Positions 12,223 through 25,135 of a DNA stretch of 64,000 nucleotides are shown piece after piece. The stretch covers positions 649,311-713,310 of the forward strand of contig NW_014577075.1 in NCBI RefSeq assembly GCF_000485595.1. The letters run 5' to 3'. The DNA comes from Priapulus caudatus (taxonomy: Eukaryota). Each line of letters opens with the position of its first letter. The stretch's first letter is position 1. The translations under genes and the position numbers were made by a program. The notes under the pieces were generated by a model, which saw only the letters and a program-made list of their open reading frames with translations, was not told the origin of the DNA and made no database searches.

Positions 12223-13486
12223 GGTGTGTTGCATGGTATGTCGTGTGTGAGTGGTAGTAGTCATGTGTGTCGTGCGTGTGTGTCGCGGTCGTGTGTGCAG
12301 TCGTGTGTGTTTTGCGTGTGTGTGTAGTTGTGTGTAGTGTGTGTGTGTGTGTGTGCGCGCTGCTCATGTGCGTCGTGTGTCTGTGGTGTGTGTGCGTGTG
12401 TGTGTGTGTTGTTTGTGTGTGTGTGTGGAGACGAGAGATAGAGGAGAGAGTGAGACAGAGAGGAATAAAGTGTGTGTGTGTGTGTGCGTCAGCGTGGCGC
12501 GCGTGTTGGCGTGGGTGCGTGTGTGCGTGTGTGTGTGTGTGCGTGTGTGTTGGCGTGCGTTGCGTGCGTCGCGTGTTAGTGTGTGTTGTGTGTAACGATA
12601 ATAAGACATTTTGCGGCGGCTAAGGCGTATGTTGTCTATTGGCAACAGTCCGAGTGACGACGAGACGTAACTTATTGTGTTAGCTTCTTTGCATGTCTGA
12701 TTATCTGAGGGCGTCGGTATTATCTATACTATCAGCGTTTAGGCGCGCTCTACGTAACAATGGTTCATCGCCCTTCGATAAAGAGGCCCTCGCTGTGCTA
12801 CGCCTGGACATACAACCTAGGCATGGCACAAACATCAACGATAGGCCGTTAAAGTAGAGTTGCAGGTACAAACACGCCAGAAATGCTAGCTGACGCTTTG
12901 AACATACAAGCTAGGGTGAAATTCAGCAGAGTGGACTTCCAAATCAGGGAAGACTTTCAGTCTGATCAGTCAACTGTTAAATTCAACCACAGGATAAAGT
13001 GATTTTTTCATGAAGTGTAGTTCGCGCATAAGGCTCGGTTATTTTGGCAAGTCTTTAAACAACTGTGAAATACCAAGTGGTGTGAATGCTATAGTATCAC
13101 CGAGAATATCCGCATGTGGTGTAAAGTATTAAAATAGGATAGTCAGATGGAGTGGCTACCAAAGGACCGTCCAGCCGTATTCGTGAAAAACCCCGGTTTC
13201 GTCTGTGACAATAATAATACTCTATTATATTTTGACTTGACATATTGGGGGGTGCGGGTTGCGGAGCGTGTGTATTTGTGTTGTGTCTTGGATGTCGTGT
13301 GCGTGTAAGCTACTCGAACAGCCACGCGCATGTTGAGTTATTCTGATCACAAAAAACGTGTCAAGCATTATACTTTTATATCCTTATCAAGTGGGTTGGA
13401 CAAGGTGGTCAGCGGAAAGTGGCAGTCGCACCGCTAAGACTAGGGTCAGGTTTAGGGTCGGGTCAGGGGTTAGGGGTAAGGGGTAG

Positions 13487-15655
13487 GAGCCCTGATTGGT
13501 TGGTTTCTATGAGGCCCCTGAATTGGTCGTTGGCTAGGAAGGCCCCTGATATGTCGGATTCTACGAGCGCACCTGATTGGTCGGTTGTGACGAGGCTCCT
13601 GATTGGTCAGTTGCTAGGAGGCCTCTGATTGCCGGTTGCTACGCAGGCTCCTGATCTGGCGGCTGCTATGAGGCCCTCGATTGGTCGGCTGAATACGAGG
13701 CCCCTGGTTTGTCGCCTGCTACAGCGCCCCTGATTGGTCGGTTGCTAAGGAGCACCGTGATTGGCCGTTGCCTCGCAGGCTCCCTGATCTGGTCGGTGCT
13801 AGGAGCCGCCTGATGACTTGCGGCTGTTAGGAGGCCGCATGATTGGTCGGTGGCCTACGCAGAAGACTCCTATTGGTCGGTTGCTAGGCAGGCCCTGACT
13901 TGCCGGTTGCTACGAAGCTCTCTCATTGGTCAGCTGCTACGAGGCTGATTGGTCGGCTGATCGAGGTCTCGTTGGTCGGGTGCTACGACGGCCCGCTGAT
14001 TGGTCGGCATTGCTAGGAGCCCTGATTGGTCGCCCTGGCTACGACGCCTTGATTGGTCAGCTGGCTACGTCAGGCTCCTGATTTGGTTGAGTTGATAGGA
14101 GGCTCCTGATTGGTCGTTTGCTACCGAAAGCGCTTGATTGGTCCGGACCTGCTACAAGGCCCCTGATTGTCGGCTGCTAGCACACCCCTGATTGTCAAGC
14201 ACTGCTAGCGGCCCACTGATTGATGGGCGTGATAGCGAGGCCCCTGGTTGGTCGGCCTTGCTAGGAAGCCCCCTGATTGGTCGCGATTGCTCAGGAGGCC
14301 CCTGATGTGGTCGCTGCTACGCAGGCTCCGTTCGATTGTGCGGACTGCTACGAGGCGCATACGAGGCCTCTGATGGTCGGCTGATACGAGGCCCGGCTGG
14401 TTGGGCCGGCTGCTACGAGGCCGCCTGATTGGTCGGTTGCTAGAGCCCCTGTTAGTCGGCTGCTACGCAGGCCCTGATTGGTCGGACTCTACGAGGCTCC
14501 TCATCTGGTTTCGGTTGGCTAGCAGACCGCCTGATTGGTCGTCTGGTAACGAGGCTCTGATATGTGCGGCTGTTACAGGCCCCTGTTTGGTCGGCTGCTA
14601 CGCAGGCTCGCTACATTGGTTAGGTTGCTGAGGAGACGGCCCTGATTTGGGTCGCTGCTACGCAGGCTCCTGATTGTGTCGGCTCGCTACGCCAGGCCCC
14701 TGCAGTTGGTCGGCTTCTACGAGGCCCCTGATTGGCCCGGATTGCTACGCGGCCCCTGATGGCTCGGCTGCTACGAGGCTGGCCCTGATTGGTCGCACAT
14801 AGCTACCGAGCCCCCTGATGGTCGGCTGCTAGGAGGCCGCTTCTGATTGATCGGCTGTTAGGAGGCCCTGATTGATCGCACCGCCTTTACGGAGGCCCAT
14901 GATTGGTCGGCATTTGCTACGGGCTCCCCATGTTGGTCGGTTCTTACGAGCTCCTGATGGTCAGCTTTGCTAGCAGGCCCTGATTGGCCGATTGCTACGA
15001 GGCTCTGATTGCGTCGCCTGTTCACGAGGCGCCCTGATTGGTCGGCTGGCTACGACCCTCTGATTTGTCAGTTGCTATGAGGCCTCCTGATTAGCCGGGT
15101 TGCTAGGAGGCCACCTGATTTGGTCGGCTTGTTGGAGGCGGCCTGATTGGTGGCTGCTACGCAGCACTCCTGATTGGATTCTTGCCTAATTAGGGCCTTT
15201 GTAGAAACGGCGACCAATCCAGGGGCCTCCGTACAAACAACCGACCAATCAGGGGGCCTCCTAGGCAACCGACATGCAAGGCCATCCTAGGCAGCAAGTC
15301 AATCAAGGGGCCTCGTAGGAAACCGGACACAATCAGGGCGTCTCATACAGCCGACGAATGCCCAGGTCTTGTAGAAACCCCAAGCCATCAGAGCCTGCGT
15401 AGAAACGCGTCCAGATCAGGGGCCTCCTAGCAGCCGATCAAATTTCAGCGAGCCTGCCTTAGCAAGCCGACAATCACGGAGCCGTCGCTAGCAGCCGACC
15501 AATCAAGCGGCCTCCAGTAGCCGACGCAATCAGTGGGTCTCGCTAGGCAGCCGACCAATAGAGGCCTCGTGAAACGCGACCAATCAGGGGCCTGCGTAGA
15601 AACCGACCACCACTTTTATCAGGGGCCTCGTAGAGAACCGTCCAATCAGGGCGCT
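13487..15655. repeat. 26-bp CCAAT-box minisatellite, copy 2 (indel-rich)
   Basis: Same unit; polarity switch at ctaattag near 15190; ends at a gap; preceded by degenerate TTAGGG-like hexamers at 13440-13486. Confidence 0.9.
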
Positions 15656-15703
15656 CATCTCTCTTCACCAACCAACAANNNNNNNNNNNNNNNNNNNNNN
15701 NNN

Positions 15704-16700
15704 CTTGTCAGGAGATTATTATTACTTTGCTTGCAGCATCACGCCGGTGGTTCTCAGTTCTGCTTAATGTTCATGAAAATGGTCTCGCGCCGGTCGCCGT
15801 TGACTGCAAGAAATTTTCTTTCGGCCGTTTTTATGCGTTCAACTGCGCAGCCAGGCGCGGCAATTAGCACGTGTGCATTGGTAAAACCTAATCAATATTA
15901 ATCACGTTGCTTGCAGCATCACCCCCTGCGTTCTTCGCTATGCTTATATATGTACATGAAAATGGTGCTCCGCCGGTCGCCGTTGACTGTCAAGAGAATT
16001 TTCTTCGGCCGTTTTTATGCGTTCAAACTGGAGCCAGGCGGGCCAATAGCACGTGTGCATGGTAAAATCCTATCAATATTAATCACGTTGCTTGCAGCAT
16101 CACCCCCTGCGTTCTTCGCTATGCTTATATATGTACATGAAATGGTGGCTCCGCCGGTCGCCGTTGACTGTCCAAGAGATTTCTTCGGCCGTTTTTATGC
16201 GTTCAAACTGGAGCAGGCGGGCCAATAGCACGTGTAGCATTGGTAAACCCTATACATATTATCACGTTGCTTGCGCGCATCACGCCCTGCGTTCTTCGCT
16301 ATGCTATATATGTACATGAAAAGGTGCTCCGAGTCGGTCGCCGTTGACTGCAGAGCATTTTCTTGACCTTCTTAAACGTCCAAAAGTGAGGCCAGGCGGG
16401 CCGACAGCACGGTGTACTTGGAAAATCCAATCTATAATATTCACGTTGGTCGCGAGTATCACGCTCTTCTGGTTCCCAGTTTATGCTATATTAATGTACA
16501 GGAAGATGGCGCTCGTGCGTCAGTCACCGTTGACTGCCAAGATAATTTTCTTCGCCCGTTCTTATAGTGTTTAAAGTGGAGACGGGCGGGCGACAGCACG
16601 CCGCTTGGTAAAATTCATCTATAGTATTCACTTTGCTCGCAGCATCACGCCCTGGGTTCCCACTATGCGTATGTACATGAAAAAGGCGCCCCGGTCTATT
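15704..16700. repeat. ~180-bp tandem repeat, about 5.5 units
   Basis: Same unit and same order of unit variants as 10211-11290. Confidence 0.9.
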
Positions 16701-17423
16701 GTATTCATTGATAACTGCATTACTTTTCAGGATTACAGTATAGCTGTATTCCTACAATATTAATCTTCTCTGCCAGTGTCAGTGCAGTGTGAGTGTATAG
16801 AAAAAATTCAATCAACGTACAACGCATTCATCCCGTTAAACGAAATAATTTGTGTCCAAAATTGTTCGTCGGCATGAATGCTGGTCGCGCTTAGCAGATG
16901 GGTGATTAAAAGGTTTAAAAAAAGTAGTTGGTGGGCCCAGTGTTATAATAGTTTATCACAAGTCTTCGGCGTGGCCCACTGTTATAAATACATGTTACAT
17001 GTAGTAGTTGCGAGATACGTGTTGTAGTTTATGAGAGAAAAGGAAAAAAGAAGTCAGGTGGTGATCGCGTAGGCTTTCAAAATTACACGTTCTTGTAGGC
17101 TTACTATTCATACCCTACATACCATATCCAACGATATTTGGCCGAAATTACGCGAACATAATTAAAACATTTAAAACGTAAATCACCGGTTCACCCGTAA
17201 CCTCTCTTCTTGCAATAACTCTCAGGTTCCCACTCCAGGACCGTGTTCGTTTGTTCGTAAGAGTCTTGTTTCTTTGCCTTTTTTTTTAAAACCTTTCATA
17301 ATTTTTTAGCAATTGATGTTTTATGATTTATGTTTTCTGTTTTATGGAATTAATTTATATGTACATTATTTTACATGATTTAGTATCATGTATATCGTAT
17401 TGTATGTGGATGTGTGTCTTGTA

Positions 17424-17461
<38 letters not shown>

Positions 17462-18860
17462 CGTGTGCGTGTGCGTGTGCGTGTGCGTGTGCTCGTGCGC
17501 GTGCGCGTGCGCGTGCGCGTGCGCGTGCGCGTGCGGCGTGCTGCTGCGTGGCGGCAGACGCGGCGTGTGGTAGTGTGTGTGGGCATGTGTGTGTGTGTGT
17601 GTGTGTGTGTGCTGTGTGTGTGTGTTGATGGTATGTCGTGTGTGAGTGTAGTAGTCATGTGTGTCGTGCGTGTGTGTGGTCGTGGTGCAGTGTGTGTGTT
17701 TGCGTGTGTGTGTAGTTGTGTGTGTGGTGTGTGTGTGTGTGCGGCTGTTGTCGCTGTGTGTGGTGTGTGTGACGTGTGTGCGCGTGTTTGTGGTGTGTGT
17801 GTGAGACGAGTGTAGCTGGGGAGAGCAACGTGATGACGTAGGATAGAGAAAGAAGACTGAGAATTAAAGTGTGTGTGTGTGTGCTGCGTCGCGTGTGCGC
17901 GCGTGTTGGCGTGGGTGCGTGTGTGCGTGTGTGTGTGTGTGCGTGTGTGTCGGCGTGCGTGCCGTGCCGTCGCGTGTTAGTGTTGTGTGTGTAACGTAAT
18001 AGACATTTTGCGGCGGCTAGGCCGTATGTTGTTATTGCAACAGTCCGAGCGGTTGACGACGAGACGTTTAATTGTTGTGTTTAGCTTCTTGCATGTCTGT
18101 TATCTGGAGCGGCTCGGTATTATACTATACTATCAGCGTTGGGCGTCTACGTAACAATGTTCATCGCTCGATAAAGAGGCCCTCGCTGTGCTACGCCTGG
18201 ACATACACACCAGGATGGCACAAACATCAACGATAGGCCGTTGAAAGTAGAGTTGCAGGTACAAAACGCCAGAAATGCTAGCTGAGCTTTGCATACCAGC
18301 TAGGTGGAAATTCAGCAGAGTGGATTCCAAATCAGGAGAGAACTTTCAGTCTTGATCAGTTCAATGTATAAATTCAACCACAGGTAAGTGATTTTTTCAT
18401 GAAGTGTAGTTCGCATAAGGCTCGGTTATTTTGGCAAGTTTTTTAAACAACTGTTGAAATACCACAGTGGTGTGAATGCTATAGTATCACGAGAATATCG
18501 CATGTGGTGTAAAAGTATTAAAATAGATAGTCAGATGGAGTGCTACCAGGACGTCCAGCGTATTCGTGAAAACCCGGTTCTCGTCTGTGACATAATAATA
18601 TTCTATATATTTTGACTTGACATATTGGGGGGTGCGGTTGCGCGAGCGTGTGTATTATGTGGTTGTGTGCTTGGATGTGTGTGGTGTAGCTACTCGAACA
18701 GACCACGCGCATGTTGAGTATATTTGATCACAAAAAACGTTAAGATTATACTTTTATATCTTATCAAGTTGGGTTGGACAGGTGGTCAAGCGGAAGTGGC
18801 AGTCGCCCGCTAAGCTAGGGTCAGGTTAGGGTCAGGGTCAGGGGTTAGGGGTAGGGGTAG

Positions 18861-21560
18861 GAGCGCCCCTGATTGGTTGGTTTCTATTGAGGCCCCTGAT
18901 TGGTCGTTGCTAGGAAGGCCCCTGATTGTCGGATTCTAGAGCGCACCTTGATTGGTCGGTTGCTACGAGGGCTCCTTGATTGGTCAGTTGCTAGGAGGCC
19001 TCTGATTGGGCCGCGTTGCTACGCAGGCTCCTGATTGGTCGGCTGCTATGAGGCCCCTCGATTGGTCGGCTGATACGAGGCCCCGGTTGTCGCTGCTACA
19101 GCGCCCCTGATTGGTCGGTTGCTAAGGGCACCGTGATTGCGCCGTTGCCTCGCAGGCTCCCTGATCTGGTCGGCTGCTAGGAGCCCCTGATGACTGCGGC
19201 TGTTAGGAGGCGCATGATTGGTCTGGTTGCCTACGAGAGCCTCCTATTGGTCGGTTGTAGGCAGGCCCTGATTGCCGGTTGCTACGAAAGTCCTCATTGG
19301 TCAGCCTGCTACGAGGCCTGATTGTCGGCTGATCGAGGTTCTGGTTGGTCGGTGCTACGACGGCCCCTGATTGGTCGGCTTGCTAGGAGGCCCTGTTGGT
19401 CGGCCCTGGCTACGACGCCCCTTGATTGGTCAGCTGGCTACGTAGGACTCTGATATTGGTTGAGTTGCTAGGAGGCTCCTGATTGGTCGTTGCTACGAGG
19501 CCTTGATTGGTCGGACCTGCTAGCAGGCCCCTGATTGGTCGGCTGCTTACGCACACCCCTGATTCGTCAAGACTGCTAGCGGCCCCTGATGATGGCTAGA
19601 TACGAGGCCCCTGGTTGGTCGGCCTTGCTGAGGAGCCCCTGATTGGTCGGCATTGCTAGGAGGCCCCTGATGTGGGTCGCTGCTACGCAGGCCCTTGATT
19701 GTCGGCTGCTACGGAGGTCGCTATACGAGGCTCGATGGTCGGCTGATACGAGGCCCGGCTGGTTGGGCCGGCTGCTACGAGGCCCCTGATTGGTCGGTTG
19801 CTAGAGCCCCTGATTAGTCGGCTCGCTACGAGGCCCTGATTGGTCGGGACTCTACGAGGCTCCTCATTGGTTCGGTTGGCTAGGAGACCCCTGATTGGTC
19901 GGTCTGTACGAGGCTCTGATTGGTGCGGCTGTTACAGGCCCTGTTGGTCGGCTGCTACGAGGTGCTCATTGGTTAGCGTTGCTAGGACGACCCTGCATTT
20001 GTCGGCTGCTACGAGGCTCCTGATTGGTCGCGCTGCTACGCAGGCCCTGCAGTGGTCGGCTTATACGAGGCCCTGCATTGGCCGGATTGCCGACGGCCCC
20101 CTGATGGCTCGGCTGCTACGCAGGCTGGCCCTGATTGGTCGCACTAGCTACGAGCCCCTGATTGTCGGCTCGCTAGGAGGCACGCTTTGAGATCGGCTGT
20201 TAGGAGGCCCTGATTGATCGGCACCGCCTTACGGAGGCCCCATGATTGGTCGGTTGCTACGAGCGCCCCCATTTGCGTCGGTTGCTACGAGGCTCCTGAT
20301 GGTCAGCTTTGCTAGGCAGGCCCTGTTGGCCCGCCGGATTGCTACGAGGCTCCTGATTTTGCGTGCGGCATGACTTCTACGTAGCGCCCTGATTGCGTCG
20401 GCTGGCTACGACACCTCTGATTTGTAGTTGCCTTATGGGCCTCCTGATTAGCGGGTTGCTAGGAGCGCACCTGATTGGTCGGTTGTTGGAGGCCGCCTGA
20501 TTGGTGGGCTGCTACGCAGCACTCCTGATTGGATTCTTGCTAATTAGGGGCTTTAGTAGAAACGCGACCAATCCAGGGCCTCCGTACAACAACCGACCAG
20601 ATCAGGGGGCCTCTAGGCAACCGACCAATCAAGGCCTCCTAGGCAGCAAGTCAATCAAGGGGCCTCGTAGGAAACGGACAAATCAGGGCGTCTCATACAG
20701 CCGACGGAATGCCCAGGTCTTGTAGACACCAACCTTTTCTTTCCTCTTCATATCTTCACTTTTTCTTACTTTTTTTTCTGTTTCTCCCTCTTTATTCTTT
20801 TTTCTTTTTTCCTTTCTCTCTATCTTTCTATTCTTTATTCCTATCTATCCCTGCTCCCCATCTTACCCCCCTTTCATTTATTCTTTTGTTTACAATTCAG
20901 AGGGCACTCGTAGGAAACCGTCCAATTCACCGGGCTCCTTAGCAGCCGATGCATCGGGCCTCTTAGAACCGACCAATCAGGAGCCTCGTAGCAGACGACC
21001 AATCAAGGGCCTCCTAGTAGCCGTACCAATCAGGATCGTCTAGCCGCGACCAATAGAGGCCTCGTAGAACGCGACCATCAGGCCTGTATAGTAACTGCAA
21101 TCAGGGGCCTCGTAGCAGACCGTCGCCAATCAGGGGCCTCTAGCCAGCAGCCACATCAGGAGCCATTTTAGCTAGCGACAATCAGGGGCCTCTAAGCAGC
21201 GGGCAAGTCAGGGGCTTCGTAGCCAACTTACAATCAGGAGGCCTCGTAGGCTACCGACCAATACAAGGAGCCTCGTAGTACCGCGTTAATCAGGGAGCCT
21301 CGTAGCAGGCGGACCAATCTAGGGGGCCTCCTAGCAGTCCCGATGCCAATCAGGAGACCCTTCATAGCACCCGACCAATCAGGGGCCTCCTAGGCACAGC
21401 CGACAATCAGGCGGCTTGTATTACTACCGACACAATTGCAGGAGCTTCGTGGCAGCTGGGCAATCATCGAGCCTTGTAGCAGCTGGTCCAATCAGGAGCC
21501 CTCCTAGCAACGGTCTAATGCAGGAGCCTCTAGCAGACGCCGACCAATCAGGGGCCTCGT
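18861..21560. repeat. 26-bp CCAAT-box minisatellite, copy 3 (indel-rich)
   Basis: Same unit; polarity switch at ctaattag 20540-20547; interrupted by a pyrimidine-rich tract at ~20730-20895. Confidence 0.9.
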
Positions 21561-22998
21561 TTGTTAGCCGTGTACGGTGCACACGCACGCAACGGTGTAC
21601 GTGCACAGCACGCCGCGGTTAGGGAACAACACACCGCACGCACATGTGCACACGCCGCCGCACGCAACGCACGCACGGCACGCACCCTGGTAAGTACAGC
21701 ACGCAGCGCACGCCACGGTCGGAGTACGTGTCACTGGCGCTTTCATCGAGTGTTGAACGCAATCATACAAACGAAAATGAGGACAACGATCACAATCCCC
21801 AGCACTCCCGTAGACAAAGCTTAGAGCCATTGCGTTTACATTACAGAGAGACGTCAGTATTGGTTGATATGGTATGTGTCGCACAGGTTGATTGGTTCTA
21901 TTGCTAGGCACGCCCCTCAACACAGCAGCTACGATGGCGTAGTGGATTTACACTTGGAATTCAGTCAACATTGCGTACGCAGGTGCTACGCTGGTTGCAT
22001 GAATGCAACCTCACGAGCTTTGCGTACGATACTTCGTAGAAACTCTGTACAACGCAAATACACTTTACGCGAACGTTGTGGAATCTTGCCCCAGAATCGC
22101 TTACTGGGTTGGCAGTTGCACTTTTCGCAGGACGGTAGCGATTTCACAGCATTCGACTGCGATTCTGAATCGCTGCCTAGCTTGCATGAAAAAGGTCGCA
22201 AGTCTGCGCCAGGCTTAGTAGTGTTAGAAGCAATACCAGTTCAACAACGCAAGGGCCCCGTTCGTCACCAGTGGGCTGTCTCATTTGGCAACTATATCAG
22301 AAATTCTTCAGGGATCTCATGTAGTACGCGTATGAAAGTTTCACATTATCAAACAAAAGTGCACACAATCCATGTGCTCATCCGCTGGACTAGAAACGCG
22401 TTGGCTGCTGTTGATGTTATTACTCGCTTACAATTACCCTTGAAAAACTTGGAAATAACCTCACCTGTGGTGTGAACTAACTTTCATGAAAATGTCATTC
22501 CTTGGTTGTAAAGTCCCACCGCGGTCCTATTGATATTTTACGACCGATCTTAGAAGTTTGTTCATCCCTGGTATAGTCACCATACTGACACAGCCGATTG
22601 CCTTTTATGAGCGATGAATTTGTAGCTTGACGCTCAAACGTTATATAACGAACCCTTCCAAGCAACAGACACTCGCCAATTCAAGATGCTAACACCAACC
22701 AACTTACGCGTTCTCGTCGTTGGTGCAATAACAACAAAATCATGACGCGCAAATATGTCTTTTCGTTATACGCCATATGGCAGTTCTTCAGGCACACGAT
22801 CGTATTGTCCTGTGGGGTTCGTATGTGTGTGCTGTGTGTGTGTGTGTGTGGTGTGAGTGTGTGCGTGTTTGTGTGTGTGTCTGTGTGAGTGAGTATGTGT
22901 GTGTGTGTGCGCGCGCGTGTGCGTGTGGGTGTGCGTGCGTATGTGTGTGTGCGCGTGTGCGCGTGTGAGTGCGTGCGTGTGTGTGTGTGTGTGTGTGT

Positions 22999-23049
<51 letters not shown>

Positions 23050-23611
23050 CGTGTGCGTCTGTTTGAAAACGTGCGAGGATTGTGTACGCATTATGTAGAT
23101 GTGTTTGCATGTCGTATTGATTTGTCACATGAGCTCGGCATGATGAGCAGAAAGGAGTACGGTAAAATATTTCCTGTGCAAGAGCTAGAGGAGTGCAATG
23201 AAATAAATGAATGGAATAACTGACGAAACGAGGAAGAAAATGATGCTGATTGTGAAGAAGAAAAATAAGAAGAAACAGAAGGTAAGATAGAGAATGGGAG
23301 ACGTCAACTACAAGATGACTGGTAATGAGTGGAACTGGCGGTACGGGGGAATCGATGCAGGTAGTAGGGTATATGTAAGATGGTATGCAAAGGCTAACCG
23401 TAATGGGAGCTTTGAGGGCGATATAGAGATACAGTGTAATAAATATACAGAAAAGCTCTTAAAAATTCTAGGAGATTTAGATGGGGATTTGCGATAGATT
23501 TACTCTTTATTAAACTGACTTCATGACATGCCATTTTTGAGCAAAGATAAATTATATTGGATCATATATAACAGGGTTAATTTTTACTCAACCGTGAAGA
23601 TTGGAAACGTA

Positions 23612-23654
23612 CAGCTGACGTTTCGCCTTCTGTCAGGAGGCTTTCTCAAAGCTG
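23612..23654 (-). ncRNA. Minimal type I hammerhead ribozyme motif (U3-A8 core variant) in the Penelope pseudo-LTR
   Basis: Minus strand reads CAGCU UUGAGAA A GCCUCCUG-A-CAGAAGGC GAAAC GUC AGCUG: stem I CAGCU/AGCUG, stem II, GAAA, palindromic ACGU helix III and a GUC cleavage triplet. Confidence 0.7.
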
Positions 23655-24263
23655 ACTGATGATAATCAGTTTTGACCACCAGATGGTGTGTTGGTCAATA
23701 GCTTAGTCCACACGTGACTAAGCCTGTATCCCCCCTCGTCCCGGTTGATGTTTGGGGTCTTGCGGATCTAGATGACCTCCTTAATTCAACGCCTGGGGCC
23801 CGTTGTCAGAAACATCGTAAAGTTAATGCTAATGTTAATGCTAAGATAACACTTACGACTAATGATAATGTTACGAGAGTAGCGTTGACAGAAACACATC
23901 GCAGCTATTAGAAAACTTACGATAACAGCTTTTTGACAAATTGTATGCTATAGAGCCTGTGTAATCGACTATAGGTCTATACGGGTTGCCTTCTTTATGT
24001 ATTTTAGGTGTGCAGTAGATTTTTGGTACATTTTCGGCCGTGGGATACAGGAACTTGTACTGGGCTTCAGTAATTTTGTCTCCTCTTTTCAGACGTTGAA
24101 GAATCGCCAATAGTTTGCTTTTATATTTCGTTGTCGGGTCTTTCTTTAATTTTCCATAGGTCTTTACATCGCTCAACATAGTATTGACTTAGTGGCTTAG
24201 TCACGTGTGGACTAAGCTATTGACCACCACACCATCTGGTGGTCAAAACTGATTATCATCAGT

Positions 24264-24306
24264 TAGCTTTGAGAAAGCCTCCTGGCAGGAGGCGAAACGT
24301 CAGCGG
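24264..24306 (+). ncRNA. Hammerhead ribozyme motif in the inverted pseudo-LTR
   Basis: tagct ttgagaa a gcctcct-ggc-aggaggc gaaac gtc agcgg; perfect 7-bp stem II and the same core as 23612-23654. Confidence 0.65.
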
Positions 24307-24599
24307 TACGTTTCCAATCTTCACGGTCGAGTAAAGATTAACCCTGTTATATATATTAGTCTACCAACCGAATGAACTTATTTAATGAGTTATATTGGAT
24401 CATATTCATAAATTCATTCCATACGTTAAGATGATATATTCTATTGCTATATAAAATACGTTATCTGTAAATGATAAGGATTTTACCATGCAGGTAAACG
24501 TAGAGCGGTTGACTGTGAGTACTAATATCACTATTATATGTGTGAACTAAACAAATGGGTTCCACACAGTGAGCGTTGCTGACTGAGATAAAAAAAAAA

Positions 24600-25135
24600 A
24601 CTTCGGCCGTTTTTATGCGTTCAAACTGGAGCCAGGCGGGCCAATAGCACGTGTACATGGTAAAATCCTATACATATTAATCACGTTGCTTGCAGCATCA
24701 CGCCCTGCGTTCTTTGCTATGCTTATATATGTACATGAAAAGGTGCTCCGACGTCGGTCGCCGTTGACTGCCAAGAGAATTTTCTTTGACCGTTCTTATA
24801 CGTCCAAAGTGAGGCCAGGCGGGCCGACAGCACGTGTACTTGGCAAAATCCTATCTATAATATTCACGTTGGTCGCAGTATCACGCTCTTCTGGGTTCCC
24901 AGTTATGCCTATATTAATGTACAGGAAGATGGCGCTCGTGCGTCAGTCACCGTTGACTGCCAAGATAATTTTCTTCGGCCGTTCTTATATGTTTAAAGTG
25001 GAGACGGGCGGGCCGACAGCACGCCCGCTTGGTAAAATTCAATCTATAGTATTCACTTTGCTCGCAGCATCACGCCCTGGGTTCCCCACTATGCGTATGT
25101 ACATGAAAAAGGCGCCCCGGTCTCATGTATTCATT
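24600..25135. repeat. ~180-bp tandem repeat, about 3 units
   Basis: Same unit; corresponds to the last three variants of the 10211-11290 array. Confidence 0.9.

Larger units (their letters stand above)
23552..24405 (-). mobile_element. Truncated, rearranged Penelope-like retroelement (RT fragment, GIY-YIG C-terminus, inverted pseudo-LTRs)
   Basis: ORF 24179-23871 contains DPT...PKIYCTPKIHKEGNPYRPIVDYTGS (PLE pre-RT region). 23767-23666 reads IRKTPNINRDEGGYRLSHVWTKLL...* (GIY-YIG C-terminal NRDxG motif). Inverted repeats at ~23564-23724 and ~24194-24354. Flanking direct repeat ttatattggatcatat at 23552-23567 and 24390-24405. Confidence 0.88.

Noticed and set aside
11950..12645. Many ORFs rich in VC/HT/AR dipeptides (also at 3.6-4.0, 17.3-17.8, 22.7-23.1, 25.8-26.5, 31.2-31.7 and 39.1-39.7 kb)
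   Set aside because: They are translations of (GT)n/(GCGT)n microsatellites, not proteins.
20730..20895. Pyrimidine-rich insert unique to CCAAT array copy 3
   Set aside because: Low-complexity, absent from the other copies and embedded in indel-rich sequence; likely a low-quality read segment.
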